DNA from: Scyliorhinus canicula
Taxonomy: Eukaryota
NCBI RefSeq assembly: GCF_902713615.1
Contig: NC_052151.1
Location: 26,338,429 to 26,402,428, forward strand
Reading direction: 5' to 3'
DNA length: 64,000 nt
Every line of letters starts with the position of its first letter. The stretch's first letter is position 1. The notes under the pieces are model-generated. The model had not been told where the DNA came from. It did no database searches and saw only the letters and a list, made by a program, of their open reading frames with translations. Both the position numbers and the translations under genes were made by a program. This document shows, in pieces, positions 24,485 through 37,512 of the stretch.

Positions 24485-25125
24485 ACTTCAGTACTGAGTG
24501 AGTGCTGTATTGTCAGAGGTGTCAGCTTTCAGATGAGACCAGTCCTGGGGCGGCATGGTGGCACAGTGTTTAGCACAGCTGCCTCACAGTGCCAGGGACT
24601 CAGGTTCAAATCCGGCCTTGGGTGACTGTGTGGAGTTTGCACTTTCTCCCCGTGTCTGCGTGGGTTTCCTTCAGGTGCTCCAGTTTCCTCCCACAGTCCA
24701 AAGGTGTGCAGGTTAGGTGGATTGGTCATGACAAATTGCCCCTTAGTGCCCAAAATGTTAGGTGGGGTTACTGGGTTACAAGGATAGGGTGGAGGCGTAA
24801 CCTTAAGTAGAGTGCTCTTTCCAAGAGCCGGTTCAAAGCCGATGGTCCGAATGGCCTCCTGCTGCACTGTAAATTCTATGATTCTATGAAATCTGCCTGT
24901 CCAGGCGATGTGGAAAAACCCAGAGCACTTTGAAGAGGAGTAGGAGTGTTGATCTGCTCTTTTAGCCAATATTCATCCTTCCAATACTGCTTAATCTGAC
25001 CATTTGTTTCATTCGCTGTTCGTGGGAACTCGCGACAGTGACTACACTTGAAAATAAATTCATTGGATGCAGTGTTTTGGGACCTGGGGACACGGCAGGT
25101 GCCATATGAATGCAAGTCCATTCAT
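24485..25125 (+). mobile_element. Old Deu-domain SINE (SacSINE1-like) interrupted by a V-SINE
   Basis: CAGTACTGAG..AGTGCTG..TTGTCAGAGGTG..CTTTCAGATGAGAC and GCCAATATT.ATCC motifs; L2-like tail ATATGAATGCAAGT. Confidence 0.6.
24548..24888 (+). mobile_element. Full-length V-domain SINE
   Basis: A/B boxes, V-domain, (ATTCTATG)2 tail. Confidence 0.9.
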
Positions 25126-26610
25126 TCTTGCTGATGAGTACTTGATGGTTGAGATCAACCAGGTTGAGATATTTTACAGCAGGAATCACAGAGGAAACTT
25201 TGGATTTTGGCTGTGGCGTATTTTAGAGACGTGACTGAGGGCACGCCAAAAATACTGGTGCCCCAGTCGTTGTAATGATTGGTGCACGTCTAATGAGAAA
25301 ACATCACAAACGCAGGCAAATCTGCAGCTAAGCTGTTCTGAATTTCCCTACTATCCTTAGCGATTTGGAAAATAAGATTTTACTGAAACATAAGCAAACA
25401 TTAAATATGCTTTGCATTATCTCTCAATTGGCTCGATGACATCAGATTCTTTTTTTAACCATTTTTTGGAAACAAAATCCGAAACCAATTTTTCAGGGAA
25501 TACAGCTTTTAAATGGTCTTATTCATGTGTGTCTTGTGGGAATTATATCCCTCCTGCTATCTGTTTGCAATTGGGGTCCAAAGTTGCAAGTTAAAATGGT
25601 TGTGTAAAACAAAGCTGGCCCACGTAGAATGAGTCCTTCCAAGTGCTGAGGCTGGGATGTGGATATATGATATTTCTCCATCTAATCCTGTTCCCGGCAC
25701 TCCATTCTCATTCCCAGCTCGTCAATGTTGTGCCAAAAGCCACAAACAGCTGCTGGTAGTGGTGGGGTTAGCTGAGAGCCAAGTTAAGAATGGCTGTTTT
25801 TTTTCACAAGGTTTTGGGAGTTTGTGTGTTATAAAATGAAGGCAGCGGCGCAACCAGAATCTTCAAAGCATTTGTAAATGGGAGAAATTAGATATTTATT
25901 GGGAACACTTGAGGATAAAGATGAAAAGAAAGATGCTGGAAACTTTGAAATATTTTATTTCTACACGGAATGTGGAACGTCGCTGGCTAGGGCAGCATTT
26001 ATTGCCCATCCCTTGAGAAGTGGGTGGCGAACACTGCAGTCCATGTGGTGTATGTACACCCACAGTGCTCTTTGAAGGGGAGTTCCAGGATTTTGACCCA
26101 GAGACAATGAAGGAACAGCGGTGTAGTTCCCAGTCAGGATGATTTGTGGTTTGGAGAGGAACCTTCAAGCTGTGAAGACTGGAAATATTTTCTAGGTGTT
26201 CGGTCCAAATAGTCTGTGTTATTAATTATCTTCCACAGAGGTTCTTATCCCTCATCCCTGGTTTCCCCAACTTCCTCCTGTATCCTCTTCTCTTCGATCA
26301 CCAATCTCTGGCATAGGTTCGTTAATATCTGAAAGAGAGCGATTGATATTTAGGGCATAACCCTTCACTGCAATGCAAAAACAACTTGTCTTTATATAAT
26401 GCCTTTCTCGTGGTAACTCTTCTGAAGCGTCAATTAATCTTGCTCTCCAAGATGCTGCCTTGCCTTTCTCGCTTTTCCTGCTTTTACCTTTAGGAATAGA
26501 ATATTTTAGGACTCCGCCTTGGGTGTGCTGTATTTAAATGGGGATTAAATGTAGCACGTCCTCTACCCCAAGGTACTTAAAGGGACATCATTATACATTC
26601 AGCAAACATT

Positions 26611-29558
26611 TTGATTAAGGGGAGCCTCACGGCAGTAGTCAGAGATGAAATAACCGAGGGATCATCCAGCGAGGCTTTGTGGGTGGAATTAAGGAATAAA
26701 AAGGGGATGGTGACCTTATTGGGGTTGTACTATAGGCCCCCAAATAGTCAACGGGAATTAGAAGAACCAATATGCAGGGAGATTGGGGAGACTTGCAGGA
26801 GTAATAGGGTCGTCATAGTCGGGGATTTTAATTTTCCTAACATAGACCGGGACTACCATAGTGTTAAGGGCTTAGATGAGGTGGAATTTGTTAAGTGTGT
26901 TTCGGAAAGTTTCCTCGGGCAGTATGTGGGAAGGGCAAAGCTTGACCTACTCTTAGGAAATAGGGCAGGGCAAGTGACTGAGGTGACGGTGAGGGACCAC
27001 TTTGGGACCAGTGACGATAGTTCTATTAATTTTAAAATAGTTTTGGAAAGGGACAAAACTGGTTCACAGGTGCAAGTTCTAAATTGGGGCAAGGCAAATT
27101 TTGATGGAATTAGGCAGGAGCTTACAAGGGCAAATGGATCTCCGGCAGGTGGGAGACCTTTAAAAGTGAAATAGCTAGAGTTCAGGGTCTACTTGTTCCT
27201 TTTTAGGGTCAAGGGCAAGGTTGGGAGGAGTAGGGAACCCTGAATGACAAAGCATTTAAATTTTGGCCAGGAAAAAGAAGGAGGCATGGCTCGGGTATAA
27301 GCAGCTGGAATCAAGGATTCCCTGAAGGTACACAAGGGATACAAGATTACACTCAAGAAGCAAAAAGGGGGCAGGAGATAGCTTTGGCTGAGAGGATTAA
27401 GGTGAATCCAAAGGGATTCTTTAAATATATTAAAGGAAATAGAATAACTTGAGAGAGAATAGGACCCCTCAAAGTCGAAAGTGGACACATATGTGTGGAA
27501 CCGCAGGAGATGGGCGAAGTTCTCAATGAATATTTCTCCTCTGTGTGGAGAAAGACATGAGAACTTGGGAACCTGGGAAAGTTAGTGGCGATATATCGGG
27601 GACAGTTTGCATTACAGTAGAGGAGGTGATGGACGTATTAAAATGTATGAAGGTAGATAAATCTCCTGGCCTTGACCAGCTATATCCAAGAACACTACGT
27701 GAGGCTAGAGAAGAAATTGTGGAAGCCCTGGCTGAGATATCTGCATCATCGTTAGTCATGGATGAGGTACCAGAAGACTGGAGGGTAGCAAATATGCTCT
27801 TATTTAAGAAGTGCTGCAAAGAAAAGCCTAGGAATTATAGACCGGTAAGCCTAACATCTGTGGTGGGTAAGTTATCTGAGAGGATTCTGAGGGATAAGGT
27901 ATACAGGCATTTGGAAAGACAGGGTTTGATTAGGAGTAGTCAGTAGGGCTTTGTGCATGGGAGATCATGCCATACATATTTATTACAGTTCTTTGATGAA
28001 GTGACCAGGAAGGTAGACAAAGTCTACATGGACTTCAGTAAGGCCTTTGATAAAGTTCCACATGGTAAGCTGCTCTGGACGGTTAGATCACATGGAATCC
28101 TGGCAGAGCTGGCAAATTGGATATACAATTGATTTGATGGTAGGAAGCAGAGGGTAATAGTGGAAGGATGCTTGTCGGATTGGAGGCCTGTGACTAGTGG
28201 TGTGCCTCGGGTCAGTGCTGGGCCCATTGCTGTTTGTTATCTATATCAACAATTTGGATGAGAATGTACAAGACATGATCAGTAAGTTTGCCGATGACAG
28301 TAAAATAGGTGGTATTGTAGACAGTGAGGAAGGTTATCAAAAATTGCAGCAGGATCTGATCAGCTGGGGAAGTGGGACGAGAAATTGCAAATGGAGTTCA
28401 TAATAATCATCTTTATTCGTGTCACAAGTAGGATTACTTTAACACTGCAATGAAGTTACTGTGAAAATCCCCTAGTCGCCACACTCCGGCTCCTGTTCGG
28501 GTACACGAAGGGAGAATTCAGAATGTCCAATTCACCTAACAAGCACGTCTTTCAGGACTTGTGGGAGGAAACCGGAGCACGTTCACCTAACAAGTACATC
28601 TTTCGGGACAAGTGGGAGGAAACCGGAGCACTCGGAGAAAACCCATGCAGACACGGGGTGATCGTACAGAGTCCGCACCGATAGTGACCCAAGCTGGGAA
28701 TCGAACCCGGGTCCCTGCCGCTGTGAAGCAACAGTGCTAACACTGTACTACTGTGCCGCCCATACAGATAAGTGTGAAGTGTTGCATTTTGGAAAGTCAA
28801 ATCAAGGTAGGACTTTCACGGTGAATGATAGGACCTTAGGGAGTATCGTGAAACAGAGGGACCTTGGAGTTCAGGTGCATGGTTCTCTAAAGGTGGAGTC
28901 ACAGATAGATGGGGCAGTGAAGAAAGATTTTGGCATGCTGGCATTCATCAGTCAGGGCACTGAGTATAGAGGTTGGGAAGTTATGTTGCAGTTGTACAGG
29001 ACGTTGGTGAGGTCGCACCTCGAGTATTGTGTTCAGTTTTGGTCGCCTGCTATAGGAAAGATGTTATTAATTTGGAGAGAATGCAGAAGAGATTTACAAG
29101 GACGTTGCCAGGGATCAAGGGACTGAGTTATAGGGAGAGATTGGACAGGCAAGGACTTTTTTCTTTGTAGCTTAGGAGACTGAGGGGTGATCTTATAGAG
29201 GTGTATATGATCATGAGGCATGGATAGGGTGAACGCACTCAGAATCTTTTTCTCAGGGTTGGGGAATCGAGAACTAGATTTAACTAGGTTTACCTTGAGA
29301 GTCAAGAATTAATGGGAACCTGAGGAGCAATGTTTTACACCGAGGATGGTACGTATGTGGAATGAGCTGCCGGAGGAAGTGGTTGATGCAGGGACATTGA
29401 CAACATTTAAAAGGCATTTGGACAGATACATGGATAGGAAAGGTTCAGAGGGATATGGGCCAAATGCAGGCACATTGGGTTAGCTTAGATGGGCTTTTTG
29501 GTTGGCATGGACCAGTTTGGGCTGAAGGGCCTGTCTCCGTGACGTCGATTCTATGATT
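26611..29558 (+). mobile_element. Degraded CR1 LINE ORF2 (endonuclease and RT) with 3' end
   Basis: YRPPNS, GDFNFPNID, KSPGLD, NYRPVSLTS, KFADDSK, LEYCVQFWSP; several frameshifts and stops. Confidence 0.93.
28400..28760 (-). mobile_element. V-domain SINE nested in CR1, with ~50-bp internal tandem duplication
   Basis: Splits the MEF..DKCEV codons; TTCACCTAACAAG...GGAAACCGGAGCAC repeated twice. Confidence 0.85.
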
Positions 29559-31039
29559 GAGATATGTATTCATGGTAATATATATAAAATAACAGTGATG
29601 CTGAGACAGGGAATTGGGGCACTTTCCTACTTCAAGTGTCCATTTTATATACACCACTGGATAGATTTGGAACAATTAGAGTAAAGCTCCTTCCTGCCAC
29701 TGTTCCAATATTGTTGCTTCAGAAGGTTGACCCTTACAGTGGAGGTGTCCAAGCTTTCTGTGATAAAGACCAGTGCAAGTGCTTAGCATGGAGGCCTTGG
29801 GGACTCGTATAATGCTGAAACTTTGTTCCCGTTAAACTGCTTGCATTACAGTTTACTGATATTTACCAATCTGGTGCCATGACGTAAAGTTTATTCACAC
29901 TTACAAAATTCATCCAGGATTAAGCAGTGAATATCAAATCAAAGTGCAAATGTTGCTCGAGTTATCTGGGTTTTGGGCCTGAAGATTGAACCCCCCAGCC
30001 ATACTACAGTATACGAGGGGAAATTTATTTCTCAGCACTGACCGTCCTTCTGCCTGGAGATGGACAATTTGATGTCTCAATGAGCCTTAACTGTGCTGCA
30101 AGCTGATAACCAATGGGGAATTGGTTAAGATTGCTGAAGCTCATTTTGCAGAGGACATGGAAAATCACTCGACGAAAGAGATGCTTTGATCCACCAGCTT
30201 GGACTTGAAACCAGTTCAGTCCAAAAACTGAGAGAACTGTCCACTAACCCACTGAATCACTCATTTCACCCAGACTATCAGGGAGAAATGTGGGAAGTAC
30301 ATGTTTGCTAACAAAATACTCCTCCCTGTCCACAATCCTTTTTAAAAAAAGGAAAACACAAAATGATATAAAATGTTGTGATTCTAACATCTTCATCCGG
30401 CAATGTCACTCCAGGAGAGGAGATGCTTGTTGCATTTAAACAGTTTGCAATTTTAGGTTGCAGTTTTTCCACTGATATCCTCCCGAATAGATCGGCTGAA
30501 ACCCAGATGCCGTATCTATACCATTCAAGCACAAGTATGTACGTGCCTGCCTAAGGCCAAGAACTGAGGCAGAAACCAAACCGAGAGGTGATTTACTTTG
30601 ATAGCAAAACAAATTTAAAGAAATGGTTCCACTTAACTGAAGAGGCCTCCTGATTCACTGGATCTTTCTGTGTGATTATGAAGCAGGTAGCTTTTGACAT
30701 GCTTCAGAGACTGTACCTGTTGTGTTAGCACTCTGTGCTCGTCAAGGCTGAACTCAGCCAGAGGGGCTGCTGTTAGTTTGAGTGACGCACATGCTGCTTG
30801 TTTAACCTGCAAATGGAGTTCCTGAGGACTGAGCCTGTTGTGTTTCCTTTGCATTTGTGAAAATCTATGTATGCATCAATAGTAATGTTAATGCTGTTTG
30901 CAATATGATTTTACATGGGAAATGTAAATTCATAGCACTGCACGCATCGTATTTTGCAAAACAACATTTAAAAAAAAAAATTTTGAGGTGTAAATCTTGG
31001 CATTTCTGCTAAGAAACACGCAGTGATTTTAAAAAAAAG

Positions 31040-31504
31040 TATAAATTTAGAGTACCCAGGTATTTTTTTTCGAATTAAGGGGCAATTTAGCATGGCCAAT
31101 TCACCTACCCTGCACAGGGGCTGTTTAGCACAGGGCTAAATCGCTGGCTTTGAAAGCAGACCAAGCAGGCCAGCAGCACGGTTCGATTCCCGTAACAGCC
31201 TCCCCGGACAGGCGCCGGAATGTGGCGACTAGGGGCTTTTCACAGTAACTTCATTGAAGCCTACTCGTGACAATAAGCGATTTTCATTTCATTTCATTTC
31301 ACTTCATTTGTTTGGGCACCGTAAGAAGTCTTACAACACCAGGTTAAAGTCCAACACGTAAAATCCAACATTTATTTGGGTTGTGGGGGTGAGACACTGA
31401 GAAAATGTTCAAACTCCTACGGACAGTGACCCAGGCCTTGATCGAACCCGGGGTCTTCAGCGTCGTGAGGTAGCAGTGCTAACCACTGCGCCAACATGCT
31501 GCCC
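31040..31504 (-). mobile_element. V-SINE remnant containing a nested second-family SINE (31117-31300, +) and a short Penelope terminal fragment (~31310-31356)
   Basis: V-SINE tail at 31040-31115 and head at 31375-31504; GTAAGAAGTCTTACAACACCAGGTTAAAGTCCAACA matches 18606. Confidence 0.75.
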
Positions 31505-31689
31505 TAGAAATAGCCAGTGATTGCCAATTGCCTCCCCATATAACAGGGCACTTTGCGGAGAACCAATGGCTGATACAGGGCAGTTTGCTTCCCTCCTATC
31601 CCAGTGGAGAGGGAATCGGCTGCAAATATTGACACTTGTGGTGACCTATTGTCACCTGCCTTCAGGATCGTACTGCTGTTGTTGCAGAA

Positions 31690-32290
31690 TTGCATAGGAA
31701 CAGGAGGTAGCCATTCAACACCTTGACCCTGTTCTGCCATTTAATCAGATCCTATTTGATCTGCACATCAGCTCCATTTGCCTGCCTTTGCCCTTGGTGG
31801 TAAGGTAGCACATTGGTTAGCAATGTTGCTTCACAGAGCCAGGGTCCCAGGTTCAATTCCAGCTTGGGTCACTGTCTGTGCGGAGTCTGCATGTTCTCCC
31901 CGTGTCTGTGTGGGTTTCCTCTGGGTGCTCCGGTTTCCTCCCACAAGTCCCGAAAGACGTGCTGTTGGTAATTAGGACATTCTGAATTCTCCCTCTGTGT
32001 ACCCGAACAGACGTTGGAATGTAGCTACTAGGGGCTTTCACAGTAACTTCATTGCAGTGTTAATGTAAGTCTATTTGTGACAATAAAGATTATTATATTA
32101 CTATCATTACCAAATCAAAATCTGTCCATCTCACTCTTGAAAATGTCAACTGCCCCAGCAGCCAGATGGAGGAAGAATTCCAATTTCCATTTCCTTTTGA
32201 GTGAGAAGTGCTTCTTTATTTGACTCCTAAATGACCTAGTTCTAATTTAAGATTGTGTCCACTTGTCCTGGGGAGGAACAGAAGAAATAA
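31690..32290 (-). mobile_element. Old CR1 3' fragment with nested V-SINE (31796-32095, +)
   Basis: Reverse CR1 tail at 31690-31790 resumes after the SINE; SINE has V-domain and (ATT)n tail. Confidence 0.7.
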
Positions 32291-32720
32291 CTTCTCTGTA
32301 TTTACTCTAATGAATTATTTTACCACTTTACACACGTGGTCCTGAATTTTCAGGCTGTTCTCGTTGCCGGGATTTTCCTGGAAACCCGTGACGGGGGGGT
32401 GTATCGAACAAAAAACCCCATTGACAGTAGCGGGATCCAGACAATGGCAGGAAACACACTGCAGGGAGAGCAGTAAATCCGCCCATGTTTTTTAAGTTAT
32501 ACAGCAAGAGATGATATGTTATTAAGTCAACAAACATAGCAAGAATATAAGCTCTAGGACTTTTTAAAATACTTTGCTGAGACTGCATAATGCACCCGGT
32601 CCCAGAATGGGCAGATGTATTTACTCCTGTCAATCTCCAGTTGCAAGATGTGATTTGAGCCACTTGATAATAAATGGTAGGGGAGACTGGAGGAAGTGGG
32701 GGTGGGGGGGGGGGGGGGGG

Positions 32721-33983
32721 GGTCCACTCAAGGCCTTCTCTCACATAATGTATATTCCAATACAGACACGAAGGAGTTGGTGGATGAGGCTTGTCAGTGA
32801 TGTGAGACCTCAGGAGTGGCAAGGCCCTCCACAATGTTAAGGTCAAGGGATGGATATGGGTGGCAAAGTTCATGCAGACAGTGAAACTAATTGAGGGAGA
32901 CAGAGGTCAAGGGCAAGAGGAATTTGGCTGAAGGTTGAAATCGTGGAGGATGAGCCATCATTTTTTGGAAAGACATGTATCTAACCAAATGATTACCATT
33001 CAGCTTTTGTGGCTCAAACAAATATTCAGCCAACGGAAACTGAAAACAGTGGCTAGTAACTTGCAGGATAGTTGCATAGAACTGACACTTTTGAGAAAAG
33101 TCTGATCCACAGATAGTATTGCTCTAGCGGGTGGACAAGGCAGTGTTTATTGCCCTGAATTGCTCGGCATGTGTTAAGAATCATCTGTGTAGTGTGGGAC
33201 TGGAGTCACATCTCAGTCAGACCAGGTCCGGTTGCCGAAGGATATAAGTGAACCAATTAGGTTTTTATGACAATCTGGGAAGCTTTCACAGTTCTTTTTC
33301 TCTGGTGCTGACCCACACATGACCAGATTTATTTCATTCAGTTTTAGCTTGCCATGGTGGGATGTCAACTCAACAATCGCTCAGGTTAATCAGCCCATAA
33401 AATCATCTCACGGCTACCATAACCAATTGTCCTAGCTGTACAACACCTTTTCAGTGGTTGTAATGACCATGTGTATGTTTGTGAGGGTATGAATCTTGCT
33501 AGGTTCAGACCACCACCTACCAGTAGCTGAGGCTAGAGGATGAGTCACTCCCATAGGCTGTACTTGAGTATCTAATTGGCTCATTTGGCAGCATTTTGAC
33601 CTCTTTGCCGGAAAGTTGAAGGTTCCAGGTCCACTCAAGGCCTTCTCTCACATAATGTATATTCCAATACAGACATGAAGGAGTTGGTGGATGAGGCTTG
33701 TCAGTGATGTGAGACCTCAGGAGTGGCAAGGCCCTCCACAATGTTAAGGTCAAGGGATGGATATGGGTGGCAAAGTTCATACAGACAGTGAAACTAATTG
33801 AGGGAGACAGAGGTCAAGGGCGAGAGGAATTTGGCTGAAGGTTGAAATCGTGGAGGATGAGCCATCATTTTTTGGAAAGACGTGTATCTAACCAAATGAT
33901 TACCATTCAGCTTTTGTGGCTCAAACAAATATTCAGCCAACGGAAACTGAAAACAGTGGCTGGTAACTTGCTGGATAGTTGCA
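32721..33983. repeat. 356-bp direct duplication (32721-33076 and 33628-33983)
   Basis: Copies offset by 907 bp, about 6 substitutions. Confidence 0.95.
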
Positions 33984-34329
33984 GCCAAAGACACAGTTTT
34001 GCTGGGATTCCTCCCCATACAATACTTGGAAATTTGGTGAATGCATTAGCAAGATGGAAACATTTAAAATGCAATTCAAGCAATTTGATCCCTGGGTGCG
34101 ATTCTCCCAAAAAATGACTGAGTGTTATTTGGGGCAGGAATGTGGGGTGATTTCCAGTTTTCATACTGAACTTCAGAACAGGCAAATGGAAATAAAAGTA
34201 CTTCCTTACCCCATCTGTATCTGACATTCTTCCAGCAGTCAACAAGGCCCATAGACAGCCCAGTCTCGGGCCTTTAGCAGTGCTGCTGCTGAGCTGGCTT
34301 AAGCAGGCAGAAATGTTTAACATAAAGAC

Positions 34330-34510
34330 AAAAGCAAAATACTATCGATGCTGGATCTCCAAAATCAAAACCAATACAGCTGGAAAAATCCAGCAAGTCA
34401 CGTAGCATCTGTTGTGAGAAACAGTTATTTCAGATCAAGTGACCCTTCATCAGAACTTGTGGCTGAGTTCTGATGAAGGGCCGTCAACCTAAAATGTTAA
34501 CTCCAACGTT
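34330..34510. mobile_element. Short non-autonomous repeat with two divergently oriented hammerhead remnants
   Basis: CCCTTCATCAGAAC...GTTCTGATGAAGGG inverted pair; related degenerate copies at ~20270-20390 and ~24280-24380. Confidence 0.6.
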
Positions 34511-34872
34511 TTTCGCTCTTAAACATTACAAAAAATTGATCCCTGATTTTATTTCTCCATGTGGATATGGCAGTATTTATTATATTTACAAAACTCACGC
34601 GGAAGAAAAGATGACAGTTCAGTTATGGTGCGTCAGTGCCACGTGCTTTAGCTTCACACTAACTCGCACTAATCTGGAGTGCAAATCAAGTGACAAAATT
34701 CAAAAGAACACTATAATATGGTTACAGTGCACCCTTATTGAAATTAAGACTAATTTTATTGCCTCTCCCTCTAATTGTTTCTGAGGATTTCCATGGAACC
34801 CAGTACACATTCTGAAGGTGGTTTTATGCAAGCACACGTACTGGTGGTGACTTTGAACACGTGCACACGTAC

Positions 34873-35475
34873 TGTTATGGGCCAGGGTTTAGAGAGCCCG
34901 AAAGTGTGTCATGGAGTTCAGCTGACCCACAACTTATTAATAGATTGTGGTATGGGGACCACACGGCTCACTATACAGGTGTGGTGCAGCAGAAATGGAA
35001 AAGTATTATTTAAAGCAAAATAATGTTTATTCTATGAACTCAAGTTAACCTTTTTAAAATATAGTGAACATTTCAGCAACCATCAATTCAAATACAACCC
35101 CCAAAGAATACAACACTACGTAATCCTTAAGCTGTCCTTTTAACATACATAAGACTTAAAAAATAACTTTTAACAGAAGCCCATCAGGTTAAAGTAACTA
35201 CTGAAAGCAGTTATTAGTTTTAAATCACCAAAGGATCGATTTACAGTTTTTAGATTACAGAGAGAGAGACTAATACCCTTTCTGGCTGTGACTGCAGCTA
35301 TCCAGCTCTGAAAACGAAACTAAAACGCACCCTGCAGCAAACGGCCTAAAATCCCAAAAGTAAAAAGCAGACAGACCGCCCAACTCCACCCACCCTCTGA
35401 CATCACTGATAAACACCCATTTCTTAAAGGTACATTTCTTAAACACCCATTTCTTAAAGGTACTCTCACATGATA
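34873..35475 (-). mobile_element. Solo LTR, 603 bp, with 4-bp GTAC TSD
   Basis: Termini TGTTATG...CATGATA (imperfect inverted), GTAC on both sides, minus-strand AATAAA. Confidence 0.82.
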
Positions 35476-35540
35476 GTACTGAAAGTAGTTTTCGACACAA
35501 GCACATGTACTGGTGGTGACTTTAAACACATGTAGACATA

Positions 35541-36103
35541 GGGGGCTGGTTTAGCACAGGGCTACATCGTTGGCTTTGAAAGCAGACCAAGGCAGGCCAG
35601 CAGCACAGTTCAATTCCTGTACCAGCCTCCCCGAACAGGTGCCGGAATGTGGTGACTAGGGGCTTCTCACAGTTACTTCATTTGAAGCCTACTTGAAAAT
35701 GAAAAATGAAATGAAAATCGCTTATTGTCACGAGTAGGCTTCAATGAAGTTACTGTGAAAAGCCCCTAGTCGCCACATTCCGGTGCCTGTCCGGGGAGGC
35801 TGATACGGGAATCGAACCGTGCTACTGGCCTGCTTGAAAAGCCAGCGATTTAGCTCAGTGAGCTAAACCAGCCCCTATCGCTTATTGTCACGAGTAGGCT
35901 TCAATTGAAGTTACCGTGAAAAGCCCCTAGTCGCCACATTCCGCCGCCTGTTCGGGGAGGCTGTTACAGGAATCGAACCGTGCTGCTGGCTTGCTTTGGT
36001 CTGCTGTCAAAGCCAGCGATTTAGCCCAGGGAGCTACACAGCCCCTGATTGAGTTAAACAGCCCCTGATAAGCAGCCACTTGTGACAGTAAGTGATTTTC
36101 ATT
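35541..36103. mobile_element. Nest of three second-family SINEs (one + copy split by two - copies)
   Basis: + copy breaks at CTACTTG (~35695) and resumes CACTTGTGACAGTAAG (~36077); - copies at ~35696-35875 and ~35878-36045. Confidence 0.85.
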
Positions 36104-36294
36104 TTACATACTGAAGGTATCTTTCAACAGAAGCACACGTACTGGTGGTGACTTTCAACACAAGCACACATACCTTACACTTCTGCATACATACATACCA
36201 GTTACTAAATGAGGCTTTAAATAAGTACAGGTACTGATGCAGCTTTATACACACAACACGTGTATTGAAGATGGCTTTGCACAAGCACAATCCA

Positions 36295-36730
36295 CTGGGA
36301 AATCCCTGGAATCTAAGGAATTTTGGAAGATTACAATCAGTGTATTCTCTGCCGCCACCTCCCTTTAATACCCTAGGATGTAGGCCATCAGGATCAGGGC
36401 ACCTGTCAGCCTTTAATCCCATTAGTTTTTCTCGTACCTTTTCTCTAGTGATTGTGATTGTTTTAAGTTCCTCCTTCACTTTTGCTCCCTGCGTTTCTTA
36501 TGTTCTTGGGATGGTCTTTGCATCGTCTACTGTGAAGACAGATACAAAATATTTGTTCAAAGTCTCTGCCATTTCCTTGTTTCCTGTTATTAATTCCCCA
36601 ATCTTGCCCTCTAAGTGACCAACGCTCACTTTCGCTACACTTTTCCTTTTTATATACGTGTAGAAACTTTTACTGTCTGTTTTTATATTTCTTGCTATTT
36701 TTCTCCCTCTTTTTATATATGAGTCATCCT
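36295..36730 (-). mobile_element. CR1 ORF2 internal fragment
   Basis: ITITREKVREKLMGLKADRCPDPDGLHPRVLK. Confidence 0.8.
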
Positions 36731-36934
36731 TTTATCTTTGCGAGAACAGGTAGACCCAACAATGGAACATTCTCCCAGTGATACACTGAGGAATGGTCCA
36801 GATTCAATTCTATCCTGGAACAGGGCTAGAAACAATAGTCTTTGACTTCGAGGCAAGTGTGCTACCAGCTGAGCCAAATTGATACATGTTTAAGTAGTAA
36901 TAAGTTCAGGCATTTGTCATCTTTATCTTTTCAG

Positions 36935-37059
36935 GATAACCAGCATGGGAAGTATATTCTGATCGCGCAGACACCGCTCTCGGCCCGCTGCTCTGTCTGC
37001 GGCACGCTTGGCCTTGCTGCTCTGCCTGCAGTGCTTTCAGCACAAGGTTCAAGTGTATC
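36935..37059 (+). other. Candidate internal exon (125 nt) of an unidentified transcript
   Basis: Acceptor CTTTATCTTTTCAG, donor GTAAGA, local CpG enrichment in non-repeat DNA. Confidence 0.4.
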
Positions 37060-37493
37060 GTAAGAGCTCTCCTGCTCTAAGACTCTGTTCCTATCACTAG
37101 GTGATGCTAATATTCTGTGTTAAGTGCACTAGTGCTCATGGCAGCACCAATCCTTTCATTTTATTCCAGTTTTTTGAGTGTCTTTCAAGCCAGAGGGCGA
37201 CTGTAACAAATTGTTTGCAAAGGAATGGTCTAATTTGTGATTAATTTCATGAGTCAAAAATATACCAGGGAATTGTGTGAATTCTCATTGATGCTTTAAA
37301 AATACAGTGAATTTTCCTGAGGTGTCCTGGTAGTAGGTTTATGGGGTGGGGCATATTGGATTTCGGAAATGGCTATTTTATTATGTTACTGATTTGTTTA
37401 AATTATAATGCAGCACTCTGAAGCTGAGTACATATAAGTGAACTAATGTTCTTTTTTCCTTTTTTTAAAATTGAACCTGCTGGATCATCACAG

Positions 37494-37512
37494 TTGCCAA
37501 GAGCAAATCAAA
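37494..37512 (+). other. Candidate 19-nt microexon
   Basis: CTAAT branch point, polypyrimidine tract, AG-free zone to CAG, donor GTAAGT. Confidence 0.35.

Noticed and set aside
31117-31205. tRNA gene
   Set aside because: tRNA-like head of a multi-copy SINE with an irregular anticodon arm and an attached tail
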